Assembly (NCBI GenBank): GCA_964016885.1
Contig: CAXHJY010000913.1
Coordinates: 15,281-79,280, forward strand
Direction of reading: 5' to 3'
DNA length: 64,000 nt
From: Eledone cirrhosa
Taxonomy: Eukaryota
Part shown: positions 13,051-27,033 of the stretch, one piece after another
Position numbering within the stretch: the stretch's first letter is position 1
Layout: every line of letters starts with the position of its first letter
Notes under the pieces: generated by a model
Told to the model about the DNA's origin: nothing
What the model saw: only the letters and a program-made list of their open reading frames with translations
Databases searched by the model: none
Program-made: the position numbers and the translations under genes

Positions 13051-14737
13051 TAGTGGGATTCTTAATATAATGTTGTGAACGGTGTCACCCTTGTTAGGCG
13101 CATTCATAACAGTTTTTAAGAAGTGAGGACCCGGTTTCGATCTCACTACCAGTTGCTTTGGCCAAGTGTCTTTACCATAGATTTAACTCAAATAAAGCTT
13201 TGTGAGGTAAATTGTGAAGGCGGAGACGGAAGCTGCGTAGAAGCTCGTTGGGTGTAATATACCAGCATTGTCACATATCACGTTGATCTTGTCTGATAAT
13301 TAATTTAAGGGCACAGGTGTTTTGAGAAGACAAACGTTCAGTGGATCGGACTATTACATGCTCATCGTTGAAAACTGAAGGAAAATCTATCAGCACCGTA
13401 GTTGTGGTGTTAATAGTGGTAAATGTATTGTAAATGTCAACGATATTGGTGATGGCTTTGACGGTACTAATAGTATGGCTGCATATGGTGCTGCATCATG
13501 CTGCGCTCACTACGACTAATAAATGAAACAGCGTTAATTAGCTTAGAGATACAATTACTAGGACAATATATATCTACACACAAAAGAGTCCATCCAAAAT
13601 GGCAGAACTTGAATCCCAAACCAGAATTAACAAGAACAAGCGAGATAGGTGTGGTAGAACGGAGGTCACAGCAATAAATTTATATGAATTAAAAGTGACA
13701 AAGGCGCTGTGTGGTTACTAATAAATATTGTTTAGTAAACGTAAGAGAAACACAAACACAAGGACACACACACACACACACACATAAACAAACACACACA
13801 TACACACACACACACACATAAACACACACACACATATATATAGTCACGTATTGATCCAATCATTCCGTGTGAAAATGGATAGACGGATCTGTTTTGAATC
13901 CCGTTGGATTGACCGTACCAGTAATTCTAAGGGTCAGGTTTGGTTCACACTAAATATTTACGTGAAATAAGTGTACATGCGTCTGTGGAATGTTAAGTAA
14001 CTTTCACGTTATTTTTATGAGTAGACTGTTCCGGTGTGTTATAACAAGAAAATTCATCATCGAAACTGAAGCAGGTTCATACAATTTGCATTTAATTTTG
14101 GCTCGCATTTTGGAATGCAAACGTTATTTTCATCGTTTTCTTAAAGACTTTAAACAATAATTTTCTCATAGTTTTCTAAAGCTCAATGTTCCAAGATTGA
14201 TACCGCATCAGTAACATAGCCATGTATTTAAATAAATGTAGTAATTAATCTAAACCAATAAAGCGATAATTCTACGTGAAATATTTCTCATTAGTTCCGC
14301 ATTGATGTTTCTTTAATATTGGTAACATCTGCTAGGCAGATTTGCACAATATTATGTCTGGTTACATGTATTGTTATATTTTACTACGGTTTTGACACGA
14401 ACATCCTACTCGTATTTTTTTTCTTCATATTGATACTAATTCTACGGATTACATTGTGTAACGTTTTGTCCACCATATCATGCCTCATAGGCTAATAGTA
14501 TAATAATGACATTTTCAGACTTATGATATGGTTGGTGATTTTTGTGTTGTTGTTTCTACACACTCTGCATCACGATAGGTTTTTTTCAAAACGTCTTCAA
14601 CAAATAAGTAGCAGCGCAAACTGCATTCGAAGAATTAGTCGATACGCCGGTTCCAGAGTTCTATGCCACCATAATAGTTTTGTTCCTCGTTAGCAAGAGT
14701 ATGCTGTTTCTGCTGGTTATTATTACAAGGCAGTGAG

Positions 14738-15149
14738 GGCGGAGGATTGGCAGTATCGGTAGAGGGTCGGACGCCATGCTTTGCCGCATAGAGTTACGGC
14801 CCTTTATGATCTGAGTTCAAATCCCGCCGAGGTTAACTTTGCCTTTCATCCTTACGGGGTCGATAAAGTACCAGTCACGCACTGGGGTCGTTTCATTGAC
14901 TTTTCCTCCTCCCCCAAATTGCTGACCTTGTGCCTACATAAGAACCATTATTACAAGGTGGTGGATTGGCAGTATCGGTAGAGGGTCGGACGCCATGCTT
15001 TGCAGCAAAGAGTTACGGCCCTTTATGGTCTGAGTTCAAATCCCGCCAAGGTTAACTTTGCCTTTCATTCTTACGGAGTCGATAAACTAAAGTACCAGTA
15101 ATGTGCTGGTGATTTGCTGGCCTTGTGCCAAAAGTAGAAACAATTATTA
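14738..15149 (+). mobile_element. Two head-to-tail SINE family A copies
   Basis: Copies at ~14738-14950 and ~14957-15149, separated and flanked by TTATTACAA. Confidence 0.85.
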
Positions 15150-16761
15150 CAATGAATAATCTCTTTTAGCTGCGATATATTTTAAAATGGACAATTAAAA
15201 CCGCAATTAGTTTCACATCAACTTGATGAATATATTTATGTATGTAGGTAGCTTTATATACATTCACACACACAGATCCCCCCCCCCCTATATATATATA
15301 TATGATTTTCCACCTTTCTTCTCTATCTGTCGATCGCTCTGTTAATATATATACGTACATACATCTTAAGAAAAACCATCAGTGAATCAAAGTGTTTGGC
15401 AACATAAAAGTGTGCCTTTCCCTTGCTCTCATTTCTCCGATAACTAGGTTTTGGGATTTGCATGGTTCATTTTCAACAGCAACGATATTTGTGTATTATA
15501 TTGTCTAAATTGTTTGTGATTCGCTGTTGTTAATAAGATAATATATAGCACTTCGACAAAAATGCTGAATAAAATAAGTGCCAGAACTGAAAAAAAATAT
15601 GTACTGGAGTCGATGCGATCGACTAAATCAAAGCAGTACTCAAGCATGGTCGCAGTATACTAACTAATATGTACTAACTTATATATATATATATAATGTT
15701 GTCAAACCCAATATTTTAAGGTCTTATTGTTCCTTCATGCTTGTCATGAGTTGTGTCGTAGCAATGATAAATGAATACAATGACACAGCAAAACGATACC
15801 AGTAATATGATTAAAACAAAAAATAATGTTATATATACGACACACGTTGTTTATGGTAATATCGTGCCTTAGGCGTTAAATACAGAAAGGACCACACAGC
15901 TTGCGCTTATATACCTCCTCCTCTACGAAGCATTCACGTCGTCACCAAATTTTTCCAACCAGCTCCCTCCCCAATATGTTTTTTACCAAATTTTACACAA
16001 CTACTCTCATCACCGCCACCACAAAATTCCACACTCCCGTCGAACGTTATCACCGCTCCCACCGCCGTCATTAATATAAACATACCTCTTTCCCCCACAC
16101 ACTACGCACACATTCTTTTAGCTACGGCGGCTATCATCGGTCTCTTCTTACCATCTGCGTGGGTGGGTGCATCACGGCTCTAATTTACATCTATACCGCA
16201 TAGATTTCATACCACCATCACTGTCATCACCAACAACGGAATCACCGCCACCACTATTACTACGTCTACCAACAACCACAACAAACCACTAATGCCTGCA
16301 CACCTACCAGCACCACCATCAACAACATCGTCACCACAGCCACCACCACCATCGTTGCTGTCGCTGCCACCACCACCACCACTACAACTAAATGCTGTAA
16401 TTTACATCTTTACTGCAGACATATCGTGCTACATGTATTTCTGAAAGAATTTAAACGACGACTACAACAAAACCAACAATTCAAAATGAAAGCAAAAATT
16501 ATAGAAAACAAAAATAATTGGAAACATGAAAAAGGAAGTGATAATTTGATTCGTCCATGTTAGTTTTATATCCAGCTGTTACGGTGAAACTGTCATGGCG
16601 TAGTGAGATTCTGTCTCGTTTCCTCAAATAAAACATATTTATGGTAATGCCATTCTTCATATATGTATAACGCATACACACACACACACACATATATATA
16701 TAGATCATATTATAATATTATAATACCATATCTTTTGTTAAAGACGTATATACACATACAT

Positions 16762-16853
<92 letters not shown>

Positions 16854-16908
16854 TCGAATAAAAAAAAAAGCGAAGTAGTTTCAGATGTTAAAGTCCTTTA
16901 ATGATAAT

Positions 16909-16991
16909 GCTGTGATACATATTTCAATGTTTCAATGACGACAGTGCTCACCCGCTTCGGTGTGCCCAGTGCCGTGACATCGTCAGACAGC
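16909..16991 (-). ncRNA. Type I hammerhead ribozyme, intact core, extended stem II
   Basis: Minus strand GCUGU-CUGACGA-[UGUCACGGCA...UGUCGUCAUUGAAACAUU]-GAAA-UAUGUA-UC-ACAGC; perfect stem I; base of stem II disturbed by a CATTGAAA duplication. Confidence 0.7.
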
Positions 16992-17867
16992 TTCTTACAT
17001 AAGAAGGTTATGTTTCCGAGGCAATCAAAATTGAATCGACATGGGAACGGACAAAGCGTGTGCTCTTGAATTCTTCGCCTGTTCCCTTGTGAGTCCCAAT
17101 TCACCCCCACCGGTCTGCGCAGGCGCAAGTCCGAATGAAGTTGACCATTAACTACCCCAAAGTTCTACGAAAACTCGCCTAGGCAGGTCCCGCTGTCATC
17201 CAAACAATCACCCCATCCAGGTCTGTAATATGACACGGTTATAGTTTACTGCAAGACACCCTGCCAGTGGCATTTGGCCGAAAGCTAGTGGGGGTGGGAG
17301 AGTATGAGTTTCAATATGTCTCAATACTACTCCTAAATTAAGCATGGACAGTAGGATTGACCATCACCCGCTAAGAGAATATATACTTATTTCTAGATAT
17401 TATGGAAAATTATGATTGAGACATAGAAATTAGAACTAAAAATTAAAAATCAAAAATTAAAAACATTACAAGTTAAAATCTTGATTGAAGTAAGTAAAAA
17501 AAAATATATGTACATATAATAACTAATAAATAGGGAGATGTTTAAATTATAGTAAGAAGGATCAATATTACAGATATATTATCCATATATTGAACGATAG
17601 TACCGTACAGTAGAACGGGCGGGTGGGGGGTGGGGTGTAAATTACAGTATGAAACGTACGAGTTAGGCTAATACATAGTTAATATCTCTATCACATGAAT
17701 CAAAACAAATAATACAAAATATAAAATACACAAAAAATACAAAAAATACATAGATGCGAAATGAGAGGAGATATATATGAGAAACATATACGAGGAAGGT
17801 AAACTATGGAAATGAGGGTATAAATGGTTAAGATGATTGTCAATTTTGTCCATTTAAATTGCATATA

Positions 17868-17899
<32 letters not shown>

Positions 17900-17946
17900 G
17901 CATTCACATGCACATATTTATATATATATATATACACACACACCCG

Positions 17947-18000
<54 letters not shown>

Positions 18001-18002
18001 TG

Positions 18003-18033
<31 letters not shown>

Positions 18034-18974
18034 ATAAATATTCTCAGGGAGTTTCGTCGCGACGGATGATTGTTTAAATCACATATACAACTCAGTTTTG
18101 CAAACAGATGAATTAACGTGCCTTGCTCACAAACACAATATGCGGTCATGAATGGATCTCACGACTTCATGACCGGACCTTAAACCCTGAGGTCCCTGAA
18201 ACGCACGTCTTCAAGATGCACACACACACATACACACACACATATGAGAGGGAGAGAGAGAGATGGCAATAATCTTCAAGTCACTGCCACCATTCTCTTC
18301 AGAAAATAAACATTATAGCTCACATCATACCTTAATGTTTGAAATCTCTCTACACCTTTGTACATAAAATACCCACTTTACTTTATATATATATATATAA
18401 AGTATATGTGGGTGGGTCTGCTATTTATGTGTGTATTATAGGTGCATGTATATCGATAGGGTCATCCTCGTACTTACACCACAGGATAGAAAGCGCTCGA
18501 GAGGTAAATTTTAGTATCTTGTTGCTGGCAAATTCACTCTAGAAAAGTTGTACTTGTCGTAACTTTTCATTTTTCTATGAATGATTACCGTATAACAAAA
18601 AGATAATTTATTCAATCACAATGATTACGCATAATGCTCCTTTATTTTCAAGGTATGAACAAGACCGTTTAGTTGTTGTTTAACTCCAGGTCAACTCTGA
18701 TCGAGTAGACCTATGACCCTCAGAGTTTTCCAGTTGTCACACAATCTCATTTTTATGTTTTAAAGGTAGAGATCACTACATTATTTAACGTGTTATTTTA
18801 GTATTTAAGGCGGCAAGGGGAGATTTAGGAAATATTTGATTGATATTTCTATAATGTCGAGCACCAAGTTTGCGGACACTTCGTTTTGTAGCCGAGTATT
18901 TATATAGAAATATACACAGGTGCATACATTCATACGTATACACATTCTCAAACACATGCCTAAATGTGTGTGTG

Positions 18975-19031
<57 letters not shown>

Positions 19032-20724
19032 GTGTGTGTGTGTATTGAAATCCCGATGTAAATCGGGAGGCGACTGCTTTTAAAAAAAGGTACTCAATAC
19101 GCTAGTAGAATTTTGGCATATTCAGTCTATTAGAGAAATTACTTCGATGTGAAATCTTACGAATGAAACAGATCTAGTCCTGTAGATGTCATTTATATAA
19201 TAAAATGAACACACACACAAAGGCAGGGGTATGAGATAGACATAAACACAGATACGTATCGAAAATGGTCGATGTACATGGGTATAAGTATGACTATGTA
19301 ATGTGTATGTAGCATACGGTGGCGAGCGAAAATTTGAAAAATTGAATTAGAAGCTTTTCGCTGTATTATAGTATTACAGAAAATAGTCTAATAACAGGTC
19401 ACATAAGCCCCCACAACGGAAAAAAAAGGGGCATCAGTTTTCACAGAAGGTAATCACTTTAACTTGTATAAATGAAATAGGAAAGAATTCAACAATTCGG
19501 CCGGTGGTCGTTTGTAAAGAAGAAGAAAAAATATTTCCGGTGGTGCAGAGTTTCAAGTTGAAAACTGGATATAAATAACATGACTGGCGTAAAAATTTAG
19601 AAGTGGATAATATTTTTTGATTCGAAAAAACGTTTTTAAATTGAGGTGATAATGTGTGATCTCCATGTTGGATGTCTCAAACACGCAGCTATTCAGAAAT
19701 CAGATTACACATTGAGAGAAGTAAAAGTAGTCTTCTGTTCTTAGTATTATTCTATGTTGCACTTTTAAACGGATTTTTGTCCACTTCTGTTTCACTGAGA
19801 AGTCAGCAGCGAGGCCCGTAATGTAGTAATAAATTCACACAAATCTATTTAAATGTACAGCAGTTAGTGGTTCTTTTCGACACTAATTATATTTTGATGT
19901 ATATGGTGTAATATAACAAGTAATGATGCTCTCTATAACTCTGTGTGTGTGTGTGTGTGTGTATGCCTAGGACGGTTGGAGGGCCACTGATGAAGGACTT
20001 ACTTTTTCATATGTAACCCATTTGCAACGCCGCAGCTCCATTATTATCATATTTACATATATATATATATACAGGGGTGGTGGAACTGGGGGGGGGGGGG
20101 GGCATGGACCCCGCAATAATTATATTTTTCTCCCCAAACTACCAAAACATACATCTATTTGTATATGCGCTACAATTTATGTACGTGTTATGTAGCGACA
20201 GATGGAAGAGATAGATAGAGAGGGGGAGGGTTTGGTGGTAATTGATATAGAGAGGATGGTTGGGAGAGTGTGTTGTATATTAGATATAGAGAGTGGGGGA
20301 GATTAATGTTTATTGATATAGAGAGAAGAATTTGAAGAAGATATAGAGATGGGGAGAGTTTGGTATTAATTGATATATAGAGGGGGGATTGGGAGAGATA
20401 AGTGTTGATATTTATAAAGAGTGAGAGAATGTATTAATCTTAGATATAAAGAGTGTGATAAGAGAGGCTATGTCGTGGTTGATATAGAGAGGGGTAGAAT
20501 TTGGTTTTACTAGATACAGAGAGGGGGATTAAAAGAGAGTTTTGTCTGATAGACATAGTGCGCGGAGGGGGAGTTTGGTAGCACTGTTGGGTCCCAAATG
20601 ATAGGAGAGTGGCAATAATGGGAGGGGAGGGGCTTGGGAAATCAATAACTGTATAATGTACGTTCGTAAATATGGGATTAATTGTCATATATGTTTTTTT
20701 AATGTAAAATAACATTATTATTAG

Positions 20725-21010
20725 TAACTTTGCCTTTCATCCTTACGGGGTCGATAAAATAAAGTACCAGTAATACACTGGGTATTTGCTGGCCTTGTGC
20801 CAAAAGTAGAAACAATTATTATTAGTTTGGATTGGCAGTATCGGTAGAGGGTCGGACGCCATGCTTTGACGCAAAAAGTTACGGCCCTTTATGATCTGAG
20901 TTCAAATCCTACTGAGGTTAACTTTGCCTTTCATCCTTACGAGGTCGATAAAATAAAGTACCAGTAATACACTGATATAATTGCTGGCCTTGTGCCAAAA
21001 GTAGAAACAC
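20725..21010 (+). mobile_element. SINE family A: 3' half plus a full copy in tandem
   Basis: Homology to 728-906; ATTATTATTAGT at both junctions. Confidence 0.85.
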
Positions 21011-21311
21011 TTATGAGTATCTCGACCTGCTGTATCAATATAAATCCCTTACAATAAAGTTTCGCCGGAGATCGATTAGCAAAATTGAATTAGTGGGTGG
21101 AATAAAAACCGGGTGTGGGTGTCTGACAAATTAATAAGCGAGGGTGGGGACGATTATTCAAAACCTGAGAGTATGTGAATTATTGACGGACGTAAGAATG
21201 AATACCGAAATAGTGTGTGTGCGGAAATGTAGTACGTGATACAGGGGAAGAATCGACTTATCGGACTGGTGCTTTATATATCGATATCTAAATGCTGAAA
21301 GGCAAGTGTAT

Positions 21312-21900
21312 GGCTTGGACGCCGCAGGCTTCCCTTCCCAGCTCGAGTCGGTGGGGCTGGACTGAGGGGACGGACGGCAAAAGGCCAGATGGCATGACCA
21401 TCTTCCCGTTCCGCGGTCTGTAAACCCCTCCTCTGGGATGCCACCTGTACCGACACTTTCTGTAGCCGCAACCTGGTGCAGTCTGTGATTAACCCGGGTT
21501 CTGCTGCACGTCCGGCTGAGGAAGTTAAATTCCTCAAATACCCGTCGCTTTCCGACAGGTTTGCGGTTGCACCCCTGGCAGTGGAGACTTCTGGTGTCCT
21601 TGGCCCGAGGGCTACCTCCTTACTCACCACCATAGGCGCTGAGCTGGCTAGCCGCACGTGTGAGCCCCACGAGTTGGAGTGGCTTTTCCAGCGCATCTCC
21701 CTTGCTGTCCTCCGGGGAAACGCCTTCTCCATTCTGACCGCCGGGGCTGTGGTGGGGCCCCATCGCGTATCATTCCATATTTAGTTGTGGTCGGTGTGTG
21801 CGTGTGTTCGTATATATTGCTTTTGTTTACATTCTGCATCATGTCATTCTTCATGGTTTTTCTCTAGTTTAATTTGTGGCACAGTAAGCTGAAATAAAAA
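21312..21900 (+). mobile_element. 5'-truncated CRE-clade non-LTR retrotransposon (restriction-like endonuclease domain and 3' UTR), frameshifted
   Basis: Translates GLDAAGFPSQLE.VGLD..DGKRPDGMTIFPF / KPLLWDATCTDTF...AEEVKFLKY...PLAVETSGVLG...QRISLAVLRGNAFSIL, the RPD..D..E..K..KY RLE signature and the QRIS.A..RGNA tail of CRE elements; AATAAA near 21893. Confidence 0.85.
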
Positions 21901-23519
21901 CTGCGAAGTATTTCATCCGACGCTCTAACAACTCTTCTAACTCGCCGCTTATATCAAGCGAAAGTATGCGCATGTAAATATTTGAGCTCCAACCAATGAA
22001 TCTAACATATGAAAGGTTCTAATGTTGCAGGTAGGAGCATACTACTCATAAAGCTATTACAGCATAGTTGGATACCGACAGAGCAGAATCTACCCCACGT
22101 AGTCATGCACTCCTTCGAACAGTTTAATGGGGGGTATCATTTCAAAATAGTTCTACAGCCGTCATTACCCATTAGTATCATAACCTTCAAGCAGACTAGG
22201 AAACATCTGCGTCGTCACTTAACCTAACATGTTAGAAACAGCAGCTAAATCTACACCAATTCACTCACAAGTTTTACTTTGTTTGGCACCAGCCGGCGTG
22301 TATATGCCTTTCGGTTTATTATGCAAAACAACTCACTTTAAATTATTCATATTTATATTAAGACCTATATAGGATGTTTCCTAAGTAATGTTCCAAACAG
22401 CAGTTTAATAAAGGAAGTGCTAGTTATATTACTAAATTCTTCCATAATTTTATATAAGAACTTTTTGTTCCAAATACCATTTTAGTAATGAAAACGCCCC
22501 ACCCCCTCCTCAGATTGCTGACCTTGTGCCCAAAATAGAGAGAAACTCAAAAACAATTTACTATCTAGAGACACGAAGGCTGGGAGGTTAGTAGAATGAT
22601 GATAGTGTCGGAAGAAATGTCTTGCAGTGTTTGTGATATTTTATATTTTCCTTGAGCTAAAATTTGTTTTTTATCCCCTTATTGAGTTGATAAAATATAT
22701 TACCAATCAAATACTGGCGTCGTTCTAATCAACTTCCTCTTCCCTTTCAATTTTGAGGTTTGGTGTTTTTTTTTAATATTACGTTGTATATCGCGTGACT
22801 CTCTTTTCCCGAGCCTTACGTAGACTAAGATATTTTACTTGTAATTCAAATGTACACGTAGTGTTTGTGGAATATTCAGCCACGTCGACATTATTTTAAT
22901 GAAAAAATAAAGTACCAGTAATACACTGCGTTATTTTCTGGCCTTGTGCCAAAAGTAGAAACAAGTATTTTAATGAATCGGATGTTTAGTTGATTTAACA
23001 AATAATCATCAATCGTCGAAAGAGATGGAAGATCTTACAAACATGTTTGTAAACATTCTTTCAAACAACGAAGATTTATAACTGAAGTTTGTAGGAACAA
23101 ATGTATATTTAAAAGATGTATGTTTATAAAAATTGTAATTTTAATCTTGTCTATGTATATTGTGTAATAGAATGGGAATCTGTTGGAACATGAATTATAA
23201 ATAAATGTTATAATACAGATATAGGATAAACGAAAAGCAGTCAACTAGATCAGCGCTTAGTTATTTATCGCCCTAAGTTTGTTCTACAACATGCGCCGCA
23301 TTCTCCCAAATAAAATAATCACCACTTACAAATTTGACAAGCAGACAATTCTATTTTTGACATCTTTATCTTACCAAAATAATAAAATTACTAACGACAT
23401 TCACCAAGACGAATGACATGTGACAAGTCATACCATCATACGGCCCTTTTCGCCATTTTGGATCATCGCACGACTTGACTACGTGACAAAGATGTTTATT
23501 GACTGCAGTAATGATACTA

Positions 23520-23703
23520 TTTGTAGAATCGTTAGAGCGTCTGACGCCATACTTTGCAGCATGGAGTTACGGCCCTTTCCATTCTGAGTTCAAATCCCGC
23601 CGAGGTTAACTTTGCCTTTCATCCTTACGGGGTCGATAAAATAAAGTACCAGTAATGCACTGGGTAATTGCTGGCCTTGTGCCTAAAGTAGAAACAATTA
23701 TTA
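23520..23703 (+). mobile_element. SINE family A
   Basis: Homology to 728-906. Confidence 0.85.
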
Positions 23704-24379
23704 GTGATGGTGCGTTGCTTAGATGCCAGAGAATTGGATTTGCAATCGTCAGGCTGTGTAGACACGTAACTTCTGCAGGACTTGTAAGACTGTCGAAAAG
23801 ACAAACATGTCATGGTCATTTTTAAATCATGATGCCTGTCACTCTAATCTCCATGTCTAAACACAGTCAATTTCTTCTTCTTCTTCTTCTCCTTCTTCGA
23901 AAGAGAAGGGAAGAATTGACCCCAGTACTGAACTGGTACTTTTTTGTTATCAATCTCGAATGGAAGAAAGGCAAAGTTGACTTCAGCTCGATTTGAACAT
24001 AGAATGCAGAAAGGGGGAACGAACAGCGCAAGGCAGTCACCGATGACTCTACCAATTCGCTGCCTAGTATAACAGAATAAGTAATGATATTATTGATATA
24101 TAAGGATAAGGTTCAGCTTTTTCTCTTTCCCGATGACGTAATTTCTCTTTAACCCGTTTATAACACTTCTACCACAGAACACGACATGAAACATTAATCA
24201 CAATTGTAGAAAAGATATTTATTAACTGACAGTTTTCTTGCAAGATAGTTTCTAAGAGGGATGTAAATATCAGTGAATTAACAACCTCTACTTGCTTTAA
24301 ATAATAATTTCTAACTTAAGCAGAATACCAGCAAATTGTGGGGAGGGGGAAATCGATTATATCGGCTCAATAATTTACT

Positions 24380-24600
24380 GCTACTTGTTTTAAATAATTG
24401 TTTCTGATTTCGGCATAATAACAGTCATTTATGGGGAGGGGAAAGTCGATTAAATCTACCCCCAGTACGTTACTTGTACTTTATTTTTACGATCTTATTA
24501 GGATGCACGACAAAGTTAACCTCGGCGAGATTGGAATTCTGAACGTAAAAGGACCTACCTATATGCCACAAAGCATATTTTCCAAGGCTCTACCGATACT
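24380..24600 (-). mobile_element. Older, diverged SINE family A copy
   Basis: AAAGTTAACCTCGGCGAGATTGGAATTCTGAACGTAAAAGGAC...CTCTACCGATACT is the reverse complement of the head and body. Confidence 0.65.
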
Positions 24601-25160
24601 AACTTATTAGTATCAACTTCTTATTTTAATTGCGGATGCCTAGGGGTGCCGTATTAATATACGCGTGACTATGTCTCATAACTCATAACTCACACAAACA
24701 TTCTTATGCGACATTATGTGGGTGGCGAACTGCAACGTAGTTAGGGCGTTACACAACTCATACTATATTTGGGATGAGTGAATCGGCAGTTTGTCCTTGT
24801 TTTCTCATGTTAGGTCCCGTTCACAAAAGAAAATGAAAGAAAAACAAGATTACTTGAGCTTTCTTTTTCCTCGGGTCTTTGTTCCTCATAATTCTAATTT
24901 TCTTTTATTTTACTTCTGACCACCGGCCAGCATCTGCTTGATCACTTGTTTCTTTCTTTGAGGTATTTTAAGGGGCTCTTCGTATTACCATTGCACTTGT
25001 TTTATTTGGCTCGCCTCCTTTGTGCCCTATATATAAAAAAAAATATATATATATATATATTTTTTTTTTTTTAGTATATGCTGGTTGTTACCGACACCTC
25101 AGTATGCAGATGGAGCACTCGACGAAGTGCGCAGGTTGGTTCGGTTACTCAGGAGTAATG

Positions 25161-25402
25161 TAAAATCAAATAAATAAGTCAAATATTTAAAATTTGGCTT
25201 CGTTTATTACTGCTATATATATTTCGGTGGCAGCCATCTTTGGATGTGACCTCTACAGGCAGTCCGAATTGGTGTGGTAGAGACGTCTCTACCACATAAT
25301 TTCGGACTGCCTGTAGAGGTCACATCCAAAGATGGCTGTCACCGAAATATATATAGCAGTAATAAACGAAGCCAAATTTTAAATATTTGACTTATTTATT
25401 TG

Positions 25403-25408
<6 letters not shown>
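25161..25408. mobile_element. 248-bp near-perfect palindrome carrying two divergent hammerhead motifs, abutting (TA)n
   Basis: Centre between 25284 and 25285 (GGTAGAGAC|GTCTCTACC), no spacer, few mismatches. Confidence 0.92.
25306..25360 (+). ncRNA. Type I hammerhead motif with variant core CUGUAGA (mirror copy on - strand at 25209-25263)
   Basis: ACUGC-CUGUAGA-GGU...ACC-GAAA-UAUAUA-UA-GCAGU; same stems I and III as 10518-10563. Confidence 0.7.
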
Positions 25409-25439
<31 letters not shown>

Positions 25440-25971
25440 AGAGGGGTGGGAAGAACGGTAACGGGCGTGATGATTAAAAGAAAAAATCATAACATTGGGA
25501 AGAAGAGAGATATTATTGGAGATGATCTGAGACAAACGAATGTAATAAGGAATAAATAAAGAAATATTTCAGTATTATAGTATTTGATATGTTTATGCAC
25601 ACAACGAATAATATTCAAAGTTAGAGAAAAACGAATAATATGATCATAACTCTCGCTATCTTCTATGCACACCTTTACAAACACACAAGTAAGCACTGAT
25701 AAATATATACACACATATACATATGCCAAGCGATTTCCAGCATATAAGAAACATGGAGGTAAGGAAAATAATAGATTTCACCTTGAAGTAATTTTCCCCA
25801 ATATTTCCGATTGTAAATAAATAAATGGAGGTTATTTCAGGATTTCGACATTTACAAAGAAAATTATAGAAACTTATTTCAAACATTTCATGTATCAAAT
25901 ATACTTGTAATATATGAAAGATGTCAGTATATAAGTCCCATTCTTTTCAGTTGCGTTCTGGATACATTATT

Positions 25972-26268
25972 TTAACTTTACCTTTCATCCTAACAGGGGG
26001 CGATAAAATAAAGTACCAGTAATACACTGGATATTTGCTGGCCTTGTGCCTATTGTAGAAACAATTATTAGATACAAAAGGGCGGTGAATTGGCAGTATC
26101 GGTAGAGGGTCGGACATGCTTTCCAGCGTAGTTAGTCCCTTTACATTCTGAGTTCAAATCCCGCCGAGGTTAACTTTGCCTTTCATCCTTACGGGGTCGA
26201 TAAAATAAAGTACCAGTAATGTACTAGTTTATTGCTGGCCTTGTGCCAAAAGTAGAAACAATTATTAG
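25972..26268 (+). mobile_element. SINE family A: 3' half plus a full copy in tandem
   Basis: Homology to 728-906; ATTATTAGATA ends both copies. Confidence 0.85.
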
Positions 26269-26367
26269 ATATAATTTCCTATTGACAGTAGATTAAGTCT
26301 AACTTGAGAATAAAATCTGACAGCGACGGAAAACAACACATACAGTCAACACTGTGGTTATCAGAGT

Positions 26368-26412
<45 letters not shown>

Positions 26413-26689
26413 GGTCCTGGAATCAAATTCAACGCTCTAACCAATAAGCCATGCGCCTTCACTATGTATATTTATATGTGTATCTATGTGTACACAGAAA
26501 CTCATATATTATTGAGTGTGATGTATGTTAAGGGTGTTCAGCTACTTATAGTTTGATTTCTTGCGAAGGCAGTTCCGTTTATTGAATCAACTGAAAAATA
26601 CGACGTATATTAAGTCCTCGTCGAGGCACAAATGTGGGTATGCTTGTGTTGTGGAAGACCATATTGGTCACTCCTCGTCACTGATGTTG

Positions 26690-26873
26690 TCAAAGGGAAA
26701 AGCATTGGCCAATAGAGCTTGTCACCAGTGATGTTACAACTCATTTCTACAGCTGTGTAAAGAGGAGCAACGTGAAATAAAGTATGTTGTGCAAGGATAC
26801 AACACATCAGCCAGGAATCAAACTCAAAACCCTACGATTTCAAGCTCTAACCACTAAGCCATGTGGCCTCACT
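26690..26873 (-). mobile_element. SINE family B (CORE-like); head fragment also at ~26412-26463
   Basis: Reverse-complement homology to 58828-58965. Confidence 0.65.
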
Positions 26874-26989
26874 ATGTATATAGATATATGTATGTATGCA
26901 TGTATGTTGTGTATGAATATATGTATATATATGTACGCATATATGTATATATACTTGTATATGTGTAGATACACGTGTGTGTAGATACA

Positions 26990-27030
<41 letters not shown>

Positions 27031-27033
<3 letters not shown>

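Noticed and set aside
12644-13146. Hydrophobic, Cys-rich ORFs resembling membrane proteins
   Set aside because: Derived from GTT/GGT low-complexity sequence
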